Notes: generated by a model from the sequence alone, not told the origin. Counted from the first letter of the stretch, positions 17,638 through 25,828 are shown. The stretch is DNA of 31,334 nt from an uncultured Candidatus Peribacteria bacterium (GCA_964418005.1 CAYQJY010000001.1:1-31334), one strand, 5' to 3'. Numbers and translations: made by a program.

Positions 17638-18312
17638 ATGGCACTGTCTCAGCAAGAGATTCTTGAAGGGATGGATAGATTGTTCGGTGATCAGTTTGAA
17701 GCTCGTTGGCGTGTGTTGCTGCATGCTCATAAGGGTCAACTGCGCCACGTTGTGGATGCGTGGCCTTTCGAAGGGCAGGCATTTGATATTGGCACTGTTC
17801 TCGGAATCGGCTTGCCGGATAATGGTGTGTTCCCAACCCCCAACCCATGCGAGTACGTGTTGAAAACAACCATTCCCATTTCCCCCCGCGACCTTCGCGA
17901 GCATGACTGCACCGCGAAATTCCTTCACGTGAAGGATAGGGACTACGACAACTTCTTGTCGAACCAATCGATTGTGTACCCAGGAACATACGTAGTGCGC
18001 TTTCCCGTGCCGTCTTCGGAAGGTTGCTCGTTCTGTCGGCAATTGGATTTAGTTAGAGAACAACATGATGAGTACGACATTTCTCCTTTAGTCCTCATCG
18101 AGTTGGTTTTGTTTTGTTGCGAAGTATTGAAACTGCCTGATCCTTCTAGGGGAATGGCCGTCCGTTGTCGCGAACAGGCGCACCGCGCAGATCATCATTT
18201 GACAGTTATGTGGCGTCGAGGTCGTGATGGTCGCATGCTGAGCATCGCGAATTATGCGGATGGACCGTGCGATGCCACAGTGTCGAGCTTTGCCGAATGG
18301 CGTGGTGCATGA
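17638..18312 (+). CDS. Orphan hypothetical protein (224 aa); C-terminus resembles CPR CLec-fold-like proteins
   Basis: SD AAGGAG 7 nt before ATG 17638. Locally AT-richer (26/60 GC at 17641-17700 vs 37/60 at 18541-18600). Followed by a terminator. Confidence 0.75.
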   Translation: MALSQQEILEGMDRLFGDQFEARWRVLLHAHKGQLRHVVDAWPFEGQAFDIGTVLGIGLPDNGVFPTPNPCEYVLKTTIPISPRDLREHDCTAKFLHVKDRDYDNFLSNQSIVYPGTYVVRFPVPSSEGCSFCRQLDLVREQHDEYDISPLVLIELVLFCCEVLKLPDPSRGMAVRCREQAHRADHHLTVMWRRGRDGRMLSIANYADGPCDATVSSFAEWRGA

Positions 18313-18326
18313 GCGTAAAAAATTCG

Positions 18327-18355
18327 AGCTCCAGCCGCAAGGTTGGAGCTTTTTT
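18327..18355 (+). terminator. Intrinsic terminator
   Basis: 10-bp stem AGCTCCAGCC/GGTTGGAGCT (one G-U), GCAA loop, followed by TTTTT. Lies between convergent genes. Confidence 0.8.
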
Positions 18356-19847
18356 AGGAAGTCGCCTTCATCGCCGCCCGCACTCGTTCCATTGTTTCCT
18401 TCTTTCCAAGAACGCCTGCAACCTCAACAGCTCCTGGGGAGTACGCCCGCCCCGTGAGCGCCGCGCGCAGGGGCCAGAGGAGTTGGCCGAGCTTGAGGCC
18501 GTCCTTCTCGACCGTCGCTTTCACATCCGCGAGGATGCGCTGGTCGGTCCAGTGGTCCTCGGGGATGAGGTCGAGGATCGATTCGAGGATGCCGAGGTAG
18601 CGGGGGAGGTCTTGGGGAGTGACCTTTTGCTTCGGGTTGGCGAGCAGTTCCAGGTCCTGCTTGGGGGCGTCGTAGAAGAAGCCGAGCATGTCCGGTGCTT
18701 CGGTGAAGAACGTGATGCGCTCGCGGATGAGGAGGGCTTTCTTAAGAAAATCTTTGTCCTTGAGGGCGGCAGGAACCTTGTCGCTACAGGCATCGAGCGC
18801 GCGCTTCGAAAATTCGGTCTCAGGGAGGAGTCGCATCCATTGGCCTTGAAGCCAGTCGAGCTTCTGGAGGTCGAACACTGCCCCTGCTTTCTGCACACGA
18901 TCGAGCGAGAAGGCGTCGATGAATTCTGTGAGCGAGAAAATTTCCTGCGTCGTGCCCGGGTTCCACCCGAGGAAGGCGACGAAGTTATTCAGTGCTTCAG
19001 GGAGATAGCCTTTTGAGCTGTATTCGTCGACCGAGACGTCGCCCTGGCGCTTGCTGAGCTTGCTGCGGTCGCTATTGAGCATGAGAGGCACGTGGGCGTA
19101 CTGCGGAATGTCCCAACCGAGCGCACGGAAGAGGATGAGATGCTTCGGGGTTGAGCTGAGCCACTCCTCGCCACGCAGAACAAGGTCAATGCGCATGTGA
19201 TGGTCGTCGACAACGTGTGCCAAGTGGTACGTGGGGTAGCCGTCGCTCTTGAGCAGCACCTGGTCGTCGACATCGCGGCTATGGAATGACACTTGTCCGC
19301 GGATTGCGTCGTCCCACTCAAGAACTGCCGCTTCTGGAATTTTAAGACGGATGACGTAGGGCGCACCGTCCTTCAGCAGTTTCTCCGTTTCCTCTTTCGG
19401 GAGCGTCAGGGAATTGCGCATGCGCGTGCGTACCGTTGCGTCGTACTTTGGAGAAGGGTTCCCAGCTGCTTGCTCACGAGCACGCATCGCGTCCAGTTCC
19501 TCCTTCGTATCGAACGCGTAGTACGCAGCACCTTTCGCGAGGAGTGTGTCGGCTGCTTCCTTATAGAGATGGAGTCGCTCCGACTGGATGTACGGACCAT
19601 GGCTTCCTTTCTGTGAAACAACACCCTTCTCGAAGATGACCCCCTCATCCGGTTCGATACCGGCCCATGCGAGTGCCTTGAGCATCTGCTCGATGGCGCC
19701 CGGGACTTCGCGCTCTTTGTCCGTGTCTTCCACGCGCACGAGGAACTGCCCCTTCGTCTGCCTGGCGAGCGCCCACGCATAGAGCGCGGTGCGCAGGCCT
19801 CCGACATGGAGGTGGCCGGTGGGGGACGGGGCGAAGCGGGTTCGCAT
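18354..19847 (-). CDS. gltX: Glutamate--tRNA ligase
   Basis: RTRFAPSPTGHLHVGG (HIGH), RVEDTD, YIQSER, DGYPTYH..VVDDH, RGEEW, KLSKR (KMSKS). Confidence 0.97.
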   Translation of the reverse strand: MRTRFAPSPTGHLHVGGLRTALYAWALARQTKGQFLVRVEDTDKEREVPGAIEQMLKALAWAGIEPDEGVIFEKGVVSQKGSHGPYIQSERLHLYKEAADTLLAKGAAYYAFDTKEELDAMRAREQAAGNPSPKYDATVRTRMRNSLTLPKEETEKLLKDGAPYVIRLKIPEAAVLEWDDAIRGQVSFHSRDVDDQVLLKSDGYPTYHLAHVVDDHHMRIDLVLRGEEWLSSTPKHLILFRALGWDIPQYAHVPLMLNSDRSKLSKRQGDVSVDEYSSKGYLPEALNNFVAFLGWNPGTTQEIFSLTEFIDAFSLDRVQKAGAVFDLQKLDWLQGQWMRLLPETEFSKRALDACSDKVPAALKDKDFLKKALLIRERITFFTEAPDMLGFFYDAPKQDLELLANPKQKVTPQDLPRYLGILESILDLIPEDHWTDQRILADVKATVEKDGLKLGQLLWPLRAALTGRAYSPGAVEVAGVLGKKETMERVRAAMKATS

Positions 19848-19850
19848 ATG

Positions 19851-19928
19851 GGAATACTAGAGTACTGGAGTAATAGAATAATAGGGACCGCGTTCGCAGG
19901 CCCTAATATTCCATTATTCTACTATTCT
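19851..19928. repeat. Inverted array of degenerate octamers (RGARTAMT) forming a long imperfect hairpin
   Basis: Left arm ggaatact-agagtact-ggagtaat-agaataat-aggg; right arm ccct-aatattcc-attattct-actattct (reverse-complement units). Confidence 0.65.
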
Positions 19929-19932
19929 ACAA

Positions 19933-20520
19933 TCACTTCACCTCGATCGTGTACGTCACCGGCTTCATCGGCTTATCGTTGGCATCGCGCTTCACTGCAG
20001 CAATCTTGTCGATCACGTCATCACCTCCCGTTACGTACCCAAACACCGTGTGGCGGCCGTCGAGCCATGGGGTGGCGTCGGCCTGGACGATGAAGAACTG
20101 GCTGCCGTTCGTATTTGGGCCGCGGTTTGCCATGGCGATCGCGCCGCGCGTGAGCTTGTGGTCGTTGATCTCATCCTCGAACGATGCGCCGAAGACCGAC
20201 GCCCCGCCCGTACCGTCACCCGAAGGGTCACCACCCTGGATCATGAAGCGGGGGATGACGCGGTGGAATGTAAGACCGTTGTAGTACCCGGATTTTGCGA
20301 GCGTCACGAAGTTCGTGACTGTCTTCGGGGCGGCGTCAGCATCGAGCTCCAACGTCATGTTGCCGTAGTTCGTCTTGAGAACGACCGTGTGTGTACCGGA
20401 GAGGAGAACGCCGTCGAAGCCGGCCGGGACTGCGCCCGTCGATGGAGTGGTCATGGTGGGAGAAGAAGTGCAACCGATGAGAAGCGCCAGCGCGAAAAGC
20501 GGAATGAGGAATTTGTACAT
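19933..20520 (-). CDS. Cyclophilin-type peptidyl-prolyl cis-trans isomerase, predicted lipoprotein
   Basis: FHRVIPRFMIQGGDP, MANRGPNTNGSQFFI, WLDGRHTVFG. N-terminal MYKFLIPLFALALLIG|C lipobox. Confidence 0.95.
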   Translation of the reverse strand: MYKFLIPLFALALLIGCTSSPTMTTPSTGAVPAGFDGVLLSGTHTVVLKTNYGNMTLELDADAAPKTVTNFVTLAKSGYYNGLTFHRVIPRFMIQGGDPSGDGTGGASVFGASFEDEINDHKLTRGAIAMANRGPNTNGSQFFIVQADATPWLDGRHTVFGYVTGGDDVIDKIAAVKRDANDKPMKPVTYTIEVK

Positions 20521-20532
20521 AGCTGCAACAGG

Positions 20533-21525
20533 CTACGCACCGGTCCTTTTTCTCGCAACCGATGACAACACCGTTTGGGCGATGAGTCGAGCGGCTTCTG
20601 GCTTGGCCGCGTAACGACAACGCTCCCGCATCGTTTGAGTTCTGACCGGATCGCTAAGGAGCGAGGAGACGTGCATTGGGAGATCATCAAGACGCTCCTG
20701 CGGAAGCACTATGACAGCCCCTGTCCTCTCGGCTTCCTCTGCATTGCGCACTTGGTGGTCACCCGCGAGACCTTTGATGGGAACAAGGATGGCCGGAATA
20801 TTGCACGCTGCGAGTTCTGCGATGCTGCCGGCACCCGCGCGACTCACGGCGAGGTCACTTGCGGCGTAGAGATGGGGCAGCACGTCCGACCCGAACTCCG
20901 ACGCGTAGTAGCCGGTTCTCTTTTCTGCAATTCCTTTCCCAGCACCCGTGAGATGAATGATGTCACACGTTTTTAGAAGTGCATCGAGATGACGGCCGAT
21001 CGCTTGGTTGATGGAGAGCGCGCCCTGACTGCCGCCCGTCACGATCAGGACGGGTTTGTGCCCGTTGAAGCCTGTTATACGTAGACCCTCTTCCTTGCTT
21101 CCTTTCGTGATACGTGCACGAATGGGGTTGCCGATGTCCATACCGAGCAGCGTCTTCGTCGCAAACATGCTTACGACTTTGTTCGCTCTGCCCATTGTCG
21201 CATCCGATTCATGAATGATGATGGGAATATTGTTGAGGAGAGCGGCGAGACACAACGGCACGCTGACGGCACTCCCTTTACTGAAAACGACGTCAGGTTT
21301 TTCCTTCTTCAGAATGCACAGAGCCTTTGGCAATCCGCGCAACAGTGATGGTGGAAGCGTGTCATATGGTCGCTTCTCCATCGTGAGGAACACAGCGTCG
21401 GAAGGCTTATCGGAACAAACGAACGATATGTACGTTGGCTCGAGTTGTTCCAATGCTTCGGCTACGGCAATCAGAGGGGCGAGGTGCCCCGCACTTCCTC
21501 CGCCGACCATGAGAATCCTGCTCAT
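20533..21525 (-). CDS. murG: Undecaprenyl-PP-MurNAc-pentapeptide GlcNAc transferase
   Basis: GGGSAGH, IHESDA..G.AN, GNPIR, GGSQGA, VSRAGAGSIAE. Directly after ftsW with ATGA overlap. Confidence 0.93.
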   Translation of the reverse strand: MSRILMVGGGSAGHLAPLIAVAEALEQLEPTYISFVCSDKPSDAVFLTMEKRPYDTLPPSLLRGLPKALCILKKEKPDVVFSKGSAVSVPLCLAALLNNIPIIIHESDATMGRANKVVSMFATKTLLGMDIGNPIRARITKGSKEEGLRITGFNGHKPVLIVTGGSQGALSINQAIGRHLDALLKTCDIIHLTGAGKGIAEKRTGYYASEFGSDVLPHLYAASDLAVSRAGAGSIAELAACNIPAILVPIKGLAGDHQVRNAEEAERTGAVIVLPQERLDDLPMHVSSLLSDPVRTQTMRERCRYAAKPEAARLIAQTVLSSVARKRTGA

Positions 21526-22706
21526 GAGATGCCGAAGGCGGAGAGCTTACGGCGCGGGCGCCTCTCGGCGAGCACGCCTTCGGTTGAGTGCATGGAGATG
21601 TTCAAGAGGATGCCAACACCCGCAAGGAGGGTGATGAGCGATGACCCTCCGTAGCTAATGAAGGGCAGAGTCAGTCCGGTGAGTGGGAAGAGGGCAAGGT
21701 TGATGGCGATATTCAGCGCGCTCTGAAATCCGATCCACGTCGTGATGCCCGTGGCGACGAGGAACCCGAAGCGATCAGGTGCTTCGCGCGCGACTTTGAA
21801 GCCGCGTACCACGAGGAGGCCGTACATCGTGAGAACGATGAGAAGGCGGAAGAACCCAAGCTCCTCTGCCATCGCGGCGAAGATCATGTCGGCCTGCACT
21901 TCCGGCAGATAGCCGAACTTCTGGATCGATTTTCCGTATCCAACACCGAACGGTCCGCCGCTGCCGACGGCGATGAGTGCCTGCTTGATCTGAAAGCCGA
22001 TCGTTTCCGAGATGCGTTCGTCGTCCGGTGAGAGGAATGCGCGGAAGCGATTACGAACATACTGCTTACTGAGGATAATCGGCAGACCGACGACGCCTGC
22101 AAGCGTTCCGCCAAGGAGCATGTGGAAGACGTTTCCTCCGGCAATGAAGAACATCACGATGGCGATGGCAGAGAGAACGAGGAACGATCCGAGATCCGGC
22201 TGGATGGCGACGAGGAAGGTGGAGAGAAGGAGGAGGACGCAGAACGGGACAAATCCCTCTTTGAAGGTAGCAATCAGCTGCTCCCGTTTTTGCAGCCACA
22301 CCGCGAGATAGAACACGAGGGTGATCTTCAGAAATTCCGACGGTTGCACGGAGAACCCACCAATCAGCAGCCAGCTCTGCGCGGTTCCGTACTCGTTGCT
22401 GAACCCCGGGAGGAACACCGCGATGAGGAGGATGATCGTCAGGAGGAAGAGCGGGCGTGCAAAACGTTCCCACACGCGGTAGGGGATCGAGGCCGTCACG
22501 AACATCGCGATGAATCCGATGAACACGTGCGCAGCGGAGCGCCAGAGGAAGAGTGCATTGCTCGATACATCGCGCGTGCCGGCTTCCACCAATCGCTGCG
22601 TGAGCTGATAGCTCTTGAACACCGATACGCTTGCGATCATGGCGAGGCCGAAGAGCGTGAGCACCACCACGACGCCGAGGAGCAGAAGATCCATCCGTCT
22701 GAACAT
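21522..22706 (-). CDS. ftsW: SEDS-family peptidoglycan polymerase FtsW
   Basis: Multi-TM; QPSEFLK, QPDLGS, LPEVQADMIFA..AEELG, LPFISYGGSS. ftsW-murG adjacency. Confidence 0.92.
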   Translation of the reverse strand: MFRRMDLLLLGVVVVLTLFGLAMIASVSVFKSYQLTQRLVEAGTRDVSSNALFLWRSAAHVFIGFIAMFVTASIPYRVWERFARPLFLLTIILLIAVFLPGFSNEYGTAQSWLLIGGFSVQPSEFLKITLVFYLAVWLQKREQLIATFKEGFVPFCVLLLLSTFLVAIQPDLGSFLVLSAIAIVMFFIAGGNVFHMLLGGTLAGVVGLPIILSKQYVRNRFRAFLSPDDERISETIGFQIKQALIAVGSGGPFGVGYGKSIQKFGYLPEVQADMIFAAMAEELGFFRLLIVLTMYGLLVVRGFKVAREAPDRFGFLVATGITTWIGFQSALNIAINLALFPLTGLTLPFISYGGSSLITLLAGVGILLNISMHSTEGVLAERRPRRKLSAFGIS

Positions 22707-22733
22707 GGGACATGAGTATACTGCATGGGCATG
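22704..22733. promoter_or_regulatory. Bidirectional -10 palindrome AGTATACT between divergent ftsW and lspA
   Basis: AGTATACT at 22715-22722 gives TATACT on both strands, each exactly 8 nt from an ATG (22706 minus, 22731 plus). Confidence 0.7.
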
Positions 22734-23168
22734 CTACTGCTGTCTGTTTCCCTTGGCGCATTCCTCGCGGGCCTTTTAGCGGCGTGGCTGGTGAAATTGT
22801 TTCTCTTCACACCGATTGCCGTTCTTGGTCAGGAGATCGTTCTCCGGCATGCTGAAAATCCCGGAATAGCGTTTGGGCTGCGCATTCCGTCGCCATGGCA
22901 AGAAATTCTCATCCTCCTAGCGCTTCTCCTCGTGTTTCGTATCGCCATTCGCAGTACCACAGTCCTCTCGCGCATTGCGTATGGTCTCATTATCGGTGGG
23001 GCACTCGCAAATATCGCCGACCGCATCGTCGATGGCTTCGTGACCGACTACATTGCCGTTGGGAGCTTTCCTATCTTCAACATTCCCGATTCGTGCATCA
23101 CCATCGGCGTTTTCCTCCTCCTTGTTGAAAGCACAGGAATAGTTTCTTATATACGAAGAAAGTCCTAA
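22731..23168 (+). CDS. lspA: Lipoprotein signal peptidase II
   Basis: ENPGIAFG, GGALANIADR, VTDYI and FNIPDSCITIG (two catalytic Asp positions). Alternative ATG at 22725. Confidence 0.93.
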   Translation: MLLLSVSLGAFLAGLLAAWLVKLFLFTPIAVLGQEIVLRHAENPGIAFGLRIPSPWQEILILLALLLVFRIAIRSTTVLSRIAYGLIIGGALANIADRIVDGFVTDYIAVGSFPIFNIPDSCITIGVFLLLVESTGIVSYIRRKS

Positions 23169-23253
23169 GCGCGCTTGCGCACCCTCACTCGACGAGTACC
23201 ATTTCTTGCCTGTGCGGGGTCTTTCGCTTAGAGTCCCGCGCCCGTTTCACCCA

Positions 23254-24051
23254 ATGGTACACGTTTTCGTCCTCATCGGCTCCCTCATCGGGCTGTGCGT
23301 GCTGCTCGGCATGCGTCTCCTGATGAAGCAGCGCACAATTCGCCGATTCGTCCGCAGTGTGCAGCAGCGGTTCGACGAGGCCGAAGAACGCGGCGCAGTG
23401 TTGGTCGAAGAGACTGTGGTGGAGAAACCGCGCAAGAGTCCGCGCACCTCCGCGATCGAGATGCAGCAAGTACGCTCCCTTTTGAGAAATGCGGAGAAGG
23501 CGATTGCTCAGCAGAAGAACGAAGAAGCTGAACGCACTCTCATCCAAGCGCTGACGATCCAGCCGCACGCGCACGATGTCCGCGCGCAGCTCGCGAAGCT
23601 CTACCTCACCACGCAGCGCGAATCGAAGGCGGAGGCGATGTATAAAGAACTCCTTCTCCATTGCGACGACGTGTCGTTCCACGCGAACCTCGGGCTCGCG
23701 TACTACCGCCAGGAGAAATACGTGGATGCGTGTTATGCCTATCAAGAAGCCTTGAACCGAGAACCGAAGAACGCCGATCGTAGCGCGGCATTGGGCCGCG
23801 CCTGCATTGCTGCACACCGTTTCGAAGAGGCTGCGCCGCTGCTCGAGAAGGCATCACTCTTCCTTTCGAAGGACACACAACTCCTGCACCTCTTGGCAGA
23901 GTGTTACCTCCAACTGGGGAACAAAGAGAAGGCGGAAGAGGCCTACCGCCGCATCAACCGATTGGAGCCCTACAACGAAGATGTGAAGAGCAAGTTGAAG
24001 GCGGTCGCGGCTGTCGACGAAGCTCCTGCGATGGAGGTGGTGCATGCGTAG
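23254..24051 (+). CDS. Membrane-anchored TPR-repeat protein (265 aa)
   Basis: N-terminal TM (VFVLIGSLIGLCVLLG) followed by TPR-like helical repeats (LIQALTIQP, LGLAYYRQEKYVDA..AYQEALNREP, LAECYLQLGNKEKAEEAYRR). Confidence 0.88.
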   Translation: MVHVFVLIGSLIGLCVLLGMRLLMKQRTIRRFVRSVQQRFDEAEERGAVLVEETVVEKPRKSPRTSAIEMQQVRSLLRNAEKAIAQQKNEEAERTLIQALTIQPHAHDVRAQLAKLYLTTQRESKAEAMYKELLLHCDDVSFHANLGLAYYRQEKYVDACYAYQEALNREPKNADRSAALGRACIAAHRFEEAAPLLEKASLFLSKDTQLLHLLAECYLQLGNKEKAEEAYRRINRLEPYNEDVKSKLKAVAAVDEAPAMEVVHA

Positions 24052-24090
24052 GCCTCGGTACAATTTTGCTGCGGCAAAATTACTCGGCCT
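24050..24090. terminator. Hairpin between convergent TPR and ferredoxin genes
   Basis: Perfect inner stem AATTTTGC/GCAAAATT (24062-24069/24074-24081) plus outer AGGCC/GGCCT. No clear U-tract. Confidence 0.45.
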
Positions 24091-24097
24091 GACAATT

Positions 24098-24385
24098 TCA
24101 GTATTCGATCACTTCCACCGCGACGTCCCCACGGACTTCGCTTTGGCAACTCAGTCGCTCGGGGTCTTCGGTGATCCCCATGTTCTCCTCGCGGTCGTTT
24201 CTGGGGCTTAGGTTCTGCATGCCCTCCTTCACGCGGCACATGCACGTGGTGCAGAAGCCGTTGCCGCCGCACGCATGCTCCATGGGAATCCCCGCGTCGA
24301 GCGCGATCGAGAGGATCGACTTCCCCTCTGGGGCGTCGACCTCGGTTATAGTTCCGTTTGCCTGTATGAAGCGGACTTTGGGCAC
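24098..24385 (-). CDS. fdx: [2Fe-2S] ferredoxin, ISC/adrenodoxin type
   Basis: HACGGNGFCTTCMC (C-x5-C-x2-C) plus RLSCQ. TATACT lies 8 nt upstream of the GTG start. Confidence 0.9.
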   Translation of the reverse strand: MPKVRFIQANGTITEVDAPEGKSILSIALDAGIPMEHACGGNGFCTTCMCRVKEGMQNLSPRNDREENMGITEDPERLSCQSEVRGDVAVEVIEY

Positions 24386-24412
24386 GGGACGAGAGTATAG
24401 GAGATATGGCGC

Positions 24413-24448
24413 AAAAAAACTCCCCCACGCGTCGTGCGGGGGGGGGGA
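24413..24448 (-). terminator. Probable intrinsic terminator after the Clp-N gene
   Basis: Minus strand: CCCCC-CGC/GCG-T-GGGGG GC-rich stem followed by AG and T7. Confidence 0.6.
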
Positions 24449-24467
24449 ATTGGGTCTGCCACTTCCT

Positions 24468-24920
24468 CTAAACCCTCTTACGAAGATTGCATACGAGCTC
24501 GCGTGTGCGATTGTATGTCATCCCCCTCTCTCTGAGCACTTGGCACGCAATGGTTTGCCCTGCGACCGCGTGGCCGTCGAATTCTCCTCGCAACAGCGCG
24601 AGCAACAGTTCTGGATCTCCTACAGACTCGTGATGCAGAGTCCGCGCTTCCTCGGCGGCAAACGTGAGGACCCTGCGCCCGACAGGAGTGAAAGGCTGCC
24701 TCACTGCTGGATCAAGAGATTCGGTGACCCGTATATGCCATTGTTTAATGGCGCTGGCAACGGTTGCTGGTTCGACACCCTGTGCTCGGAAAAGTTCCAG
24801 AGTTCTTTCATCAGCTACTTCGAGCAGCCCGTCAAGCATGTGCTCTGGGTTGATATATGCATTGCCCAGATCCGCCGCCAACCTATTGGCGGCAGCAAGG
24901 ATCTCCGGAATGGTCGCCAT
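24468..24920 (-). CDS. Stand-alone Clp amino-terminal (double Clp-N repeat) domain protein (150 aa)
   Basis: Two repeats: A..LAADLGNAYINPEHMLDGLL and FTPVGRRVL..AAEEARTLHHESVGDPELLLALL. No AAA+ domain. SD AGGAGG 7 nt before ATG 24920. Confidence 0.8.
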   Translation of the reverse strand: MATIPEILAAANRLAADLGNAYINPEHMLDGLLEVADERTLELFRAQGVEPATVASAIKQWHIRVTESLDPAVRQPFTPVGRRVLTFAAEEARTLHHESVGDPELLLALLRGEFDGHAVAGQTIACQVLRERGMTYNRTRELVCNLRKRV

Positions 24921-24973
24921 AGAAGTTCCTCCTAAGAAAGAGTGTGTGTGAAAGGTCAGCAGACTTAATATGT

Positions 24974-25001
24974 AAAATAGCAATTTTTCTTTTCGTGTCA
25001 A
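24974..25001 (-). promoter_or_regulatory. Possible sigma70 promoter TTGACA-N16-TATTTT for the Clp-N gene
   Basis: TTGACA at 25001-24996 and a TAnnnT hexamer at 24979-24974 in an AT-rich gap. Confidence 0.4.
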
Positions 25002-25022
25002 TTTCGGATACACTGCTCACTC

Positions 25023-25796
25023 ATGGCCGCGACGCTTTCCATCAAGGATCTGCGGGTATCAATCGAAGACAAAGAAGTCGTGAAAGTCCTGTCACTCGAT
25101 GTCCCTGCGGGAGAAGTGCACGCGATCATGGGGCCGAATGGATCGGGGAAGTCGAGTTTGGTGAATACACTCATGGGCCACCCGAAGTACGTGGTGACTA
25201 GTGGCGCCGTCACATACGACGGAAAAAATCTTCTCGAGATGGCGCCGCACGAGCGCGCGGCGGCGGGACTCTTTCTCGCATTTCAGTATCCGCGGGAGAT
25301 TGCGGGAGTGACGCTCAGAAGTTTCCTCTATGCCGCGCACCAGGCGCAGGCGAAGGCGCGCAGCGAGAAAGCGATGACTGTGCTGCAATTCAAAGATGCA
25401 CTCATCGAGAGAATGAAGGCACTCCACATGGATCCTGCATTTGCCGAGCGCTCGCTCAACCAAGGGTTTTCCGGTGGCGAGAAGAAGAAGGCGGAAGTGC
25501 TGCAAATGGATCTTCTCCGTCCGCGCATGGCGCTCTTGGATGAAACCGATAGTGGTCTTGATGTCGATGCGCTAAAGATTGTTGCCGAAGGAGTGAAGGC
25601 GCTGCGTAGCCCGACATTCGCTGCACTTGTTGTGACGCACTACGCGCGCATCCTCCAGCACCTCAAACCCGACCGTGTGCACGTGATGATTCACGGGAAG
25701 ATCGTCGAGAGTGGTGGGGCGGAACTTGCCGAGAAGCTCGAAAAAGAAGGGTACAAGCCGTACCTGCCGACGACGTCGATTAGCCTCGACGCATAA
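25023..25796 (+). CDS. sufC: Fe-S cluster assembly ATPase SufC
   Basis: Walker A GPNGSGKSS, FLAFQYP.EI.GV, FSGGEKKK, LLDETDSGLD, VVTHY. Confidence 0.97.
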   Translation: MAATLSIKDLRVSIEDKEVVKVLSLDVPAGEVHAIMGPNGSGKSSLVNTLMGHPKYVVTSGAVTYDGKNLLEMAPHERAAAGLFLAFQYPREIAGVTLRSFLYAAHQAQAKARSEKAMTVLQFKDALIERMKALHMDPAFAERSLNQGFSGGEKKKAEVLQMDLLRPRMALLDETDSGLDVDALKIVAEGVKALRSPTFAALVVTHYARILQHLKPDRVHVMIHGKIVESGGAELAEKLEKEGYKPYLPTTSISLDA

Positions 25797-25828
25797 CTGT
25801 CAGCCTTCGGCTCCGCTCAGGCTGACAG
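25797..25828 (+). repeat. REP-like hairpin CTGTCAGCC-TTCGGCTCCGCTCA-GGCTGACAG
   Basis: Perfect 9-bp stem with a 14-nt loop identical to that of the inverted copy at 25878-25905. Confidence 0.8.

Noticed and set aside
18267-19016. 249-aa plus-strand ORF opposite gltX, and similar shadows opposite murG, ftsW, sufB and the secreted operon
   Set aside because: They overlap well-supported genes on the other strand and have shadow-like composition.
19851-19930. Octamer repeats or REP-like copies as a CRISPR array
   Set aside because: No regularly spaced 23-47-nt direct repeats with unique spacers, and no cas genes.
24438-24447. G10 homopolymer as a phase-variation tract
   Set aside because: Intergenic and part of a terminator stem; a length change would not alter a reading frame or promoter spacing.
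24171-24935. 254-aa plus-strand ORF spanning fdx and the Clp-N gene
   Set aside because: Antisense to two motif-supported genes and runs through a terminator hairpin.
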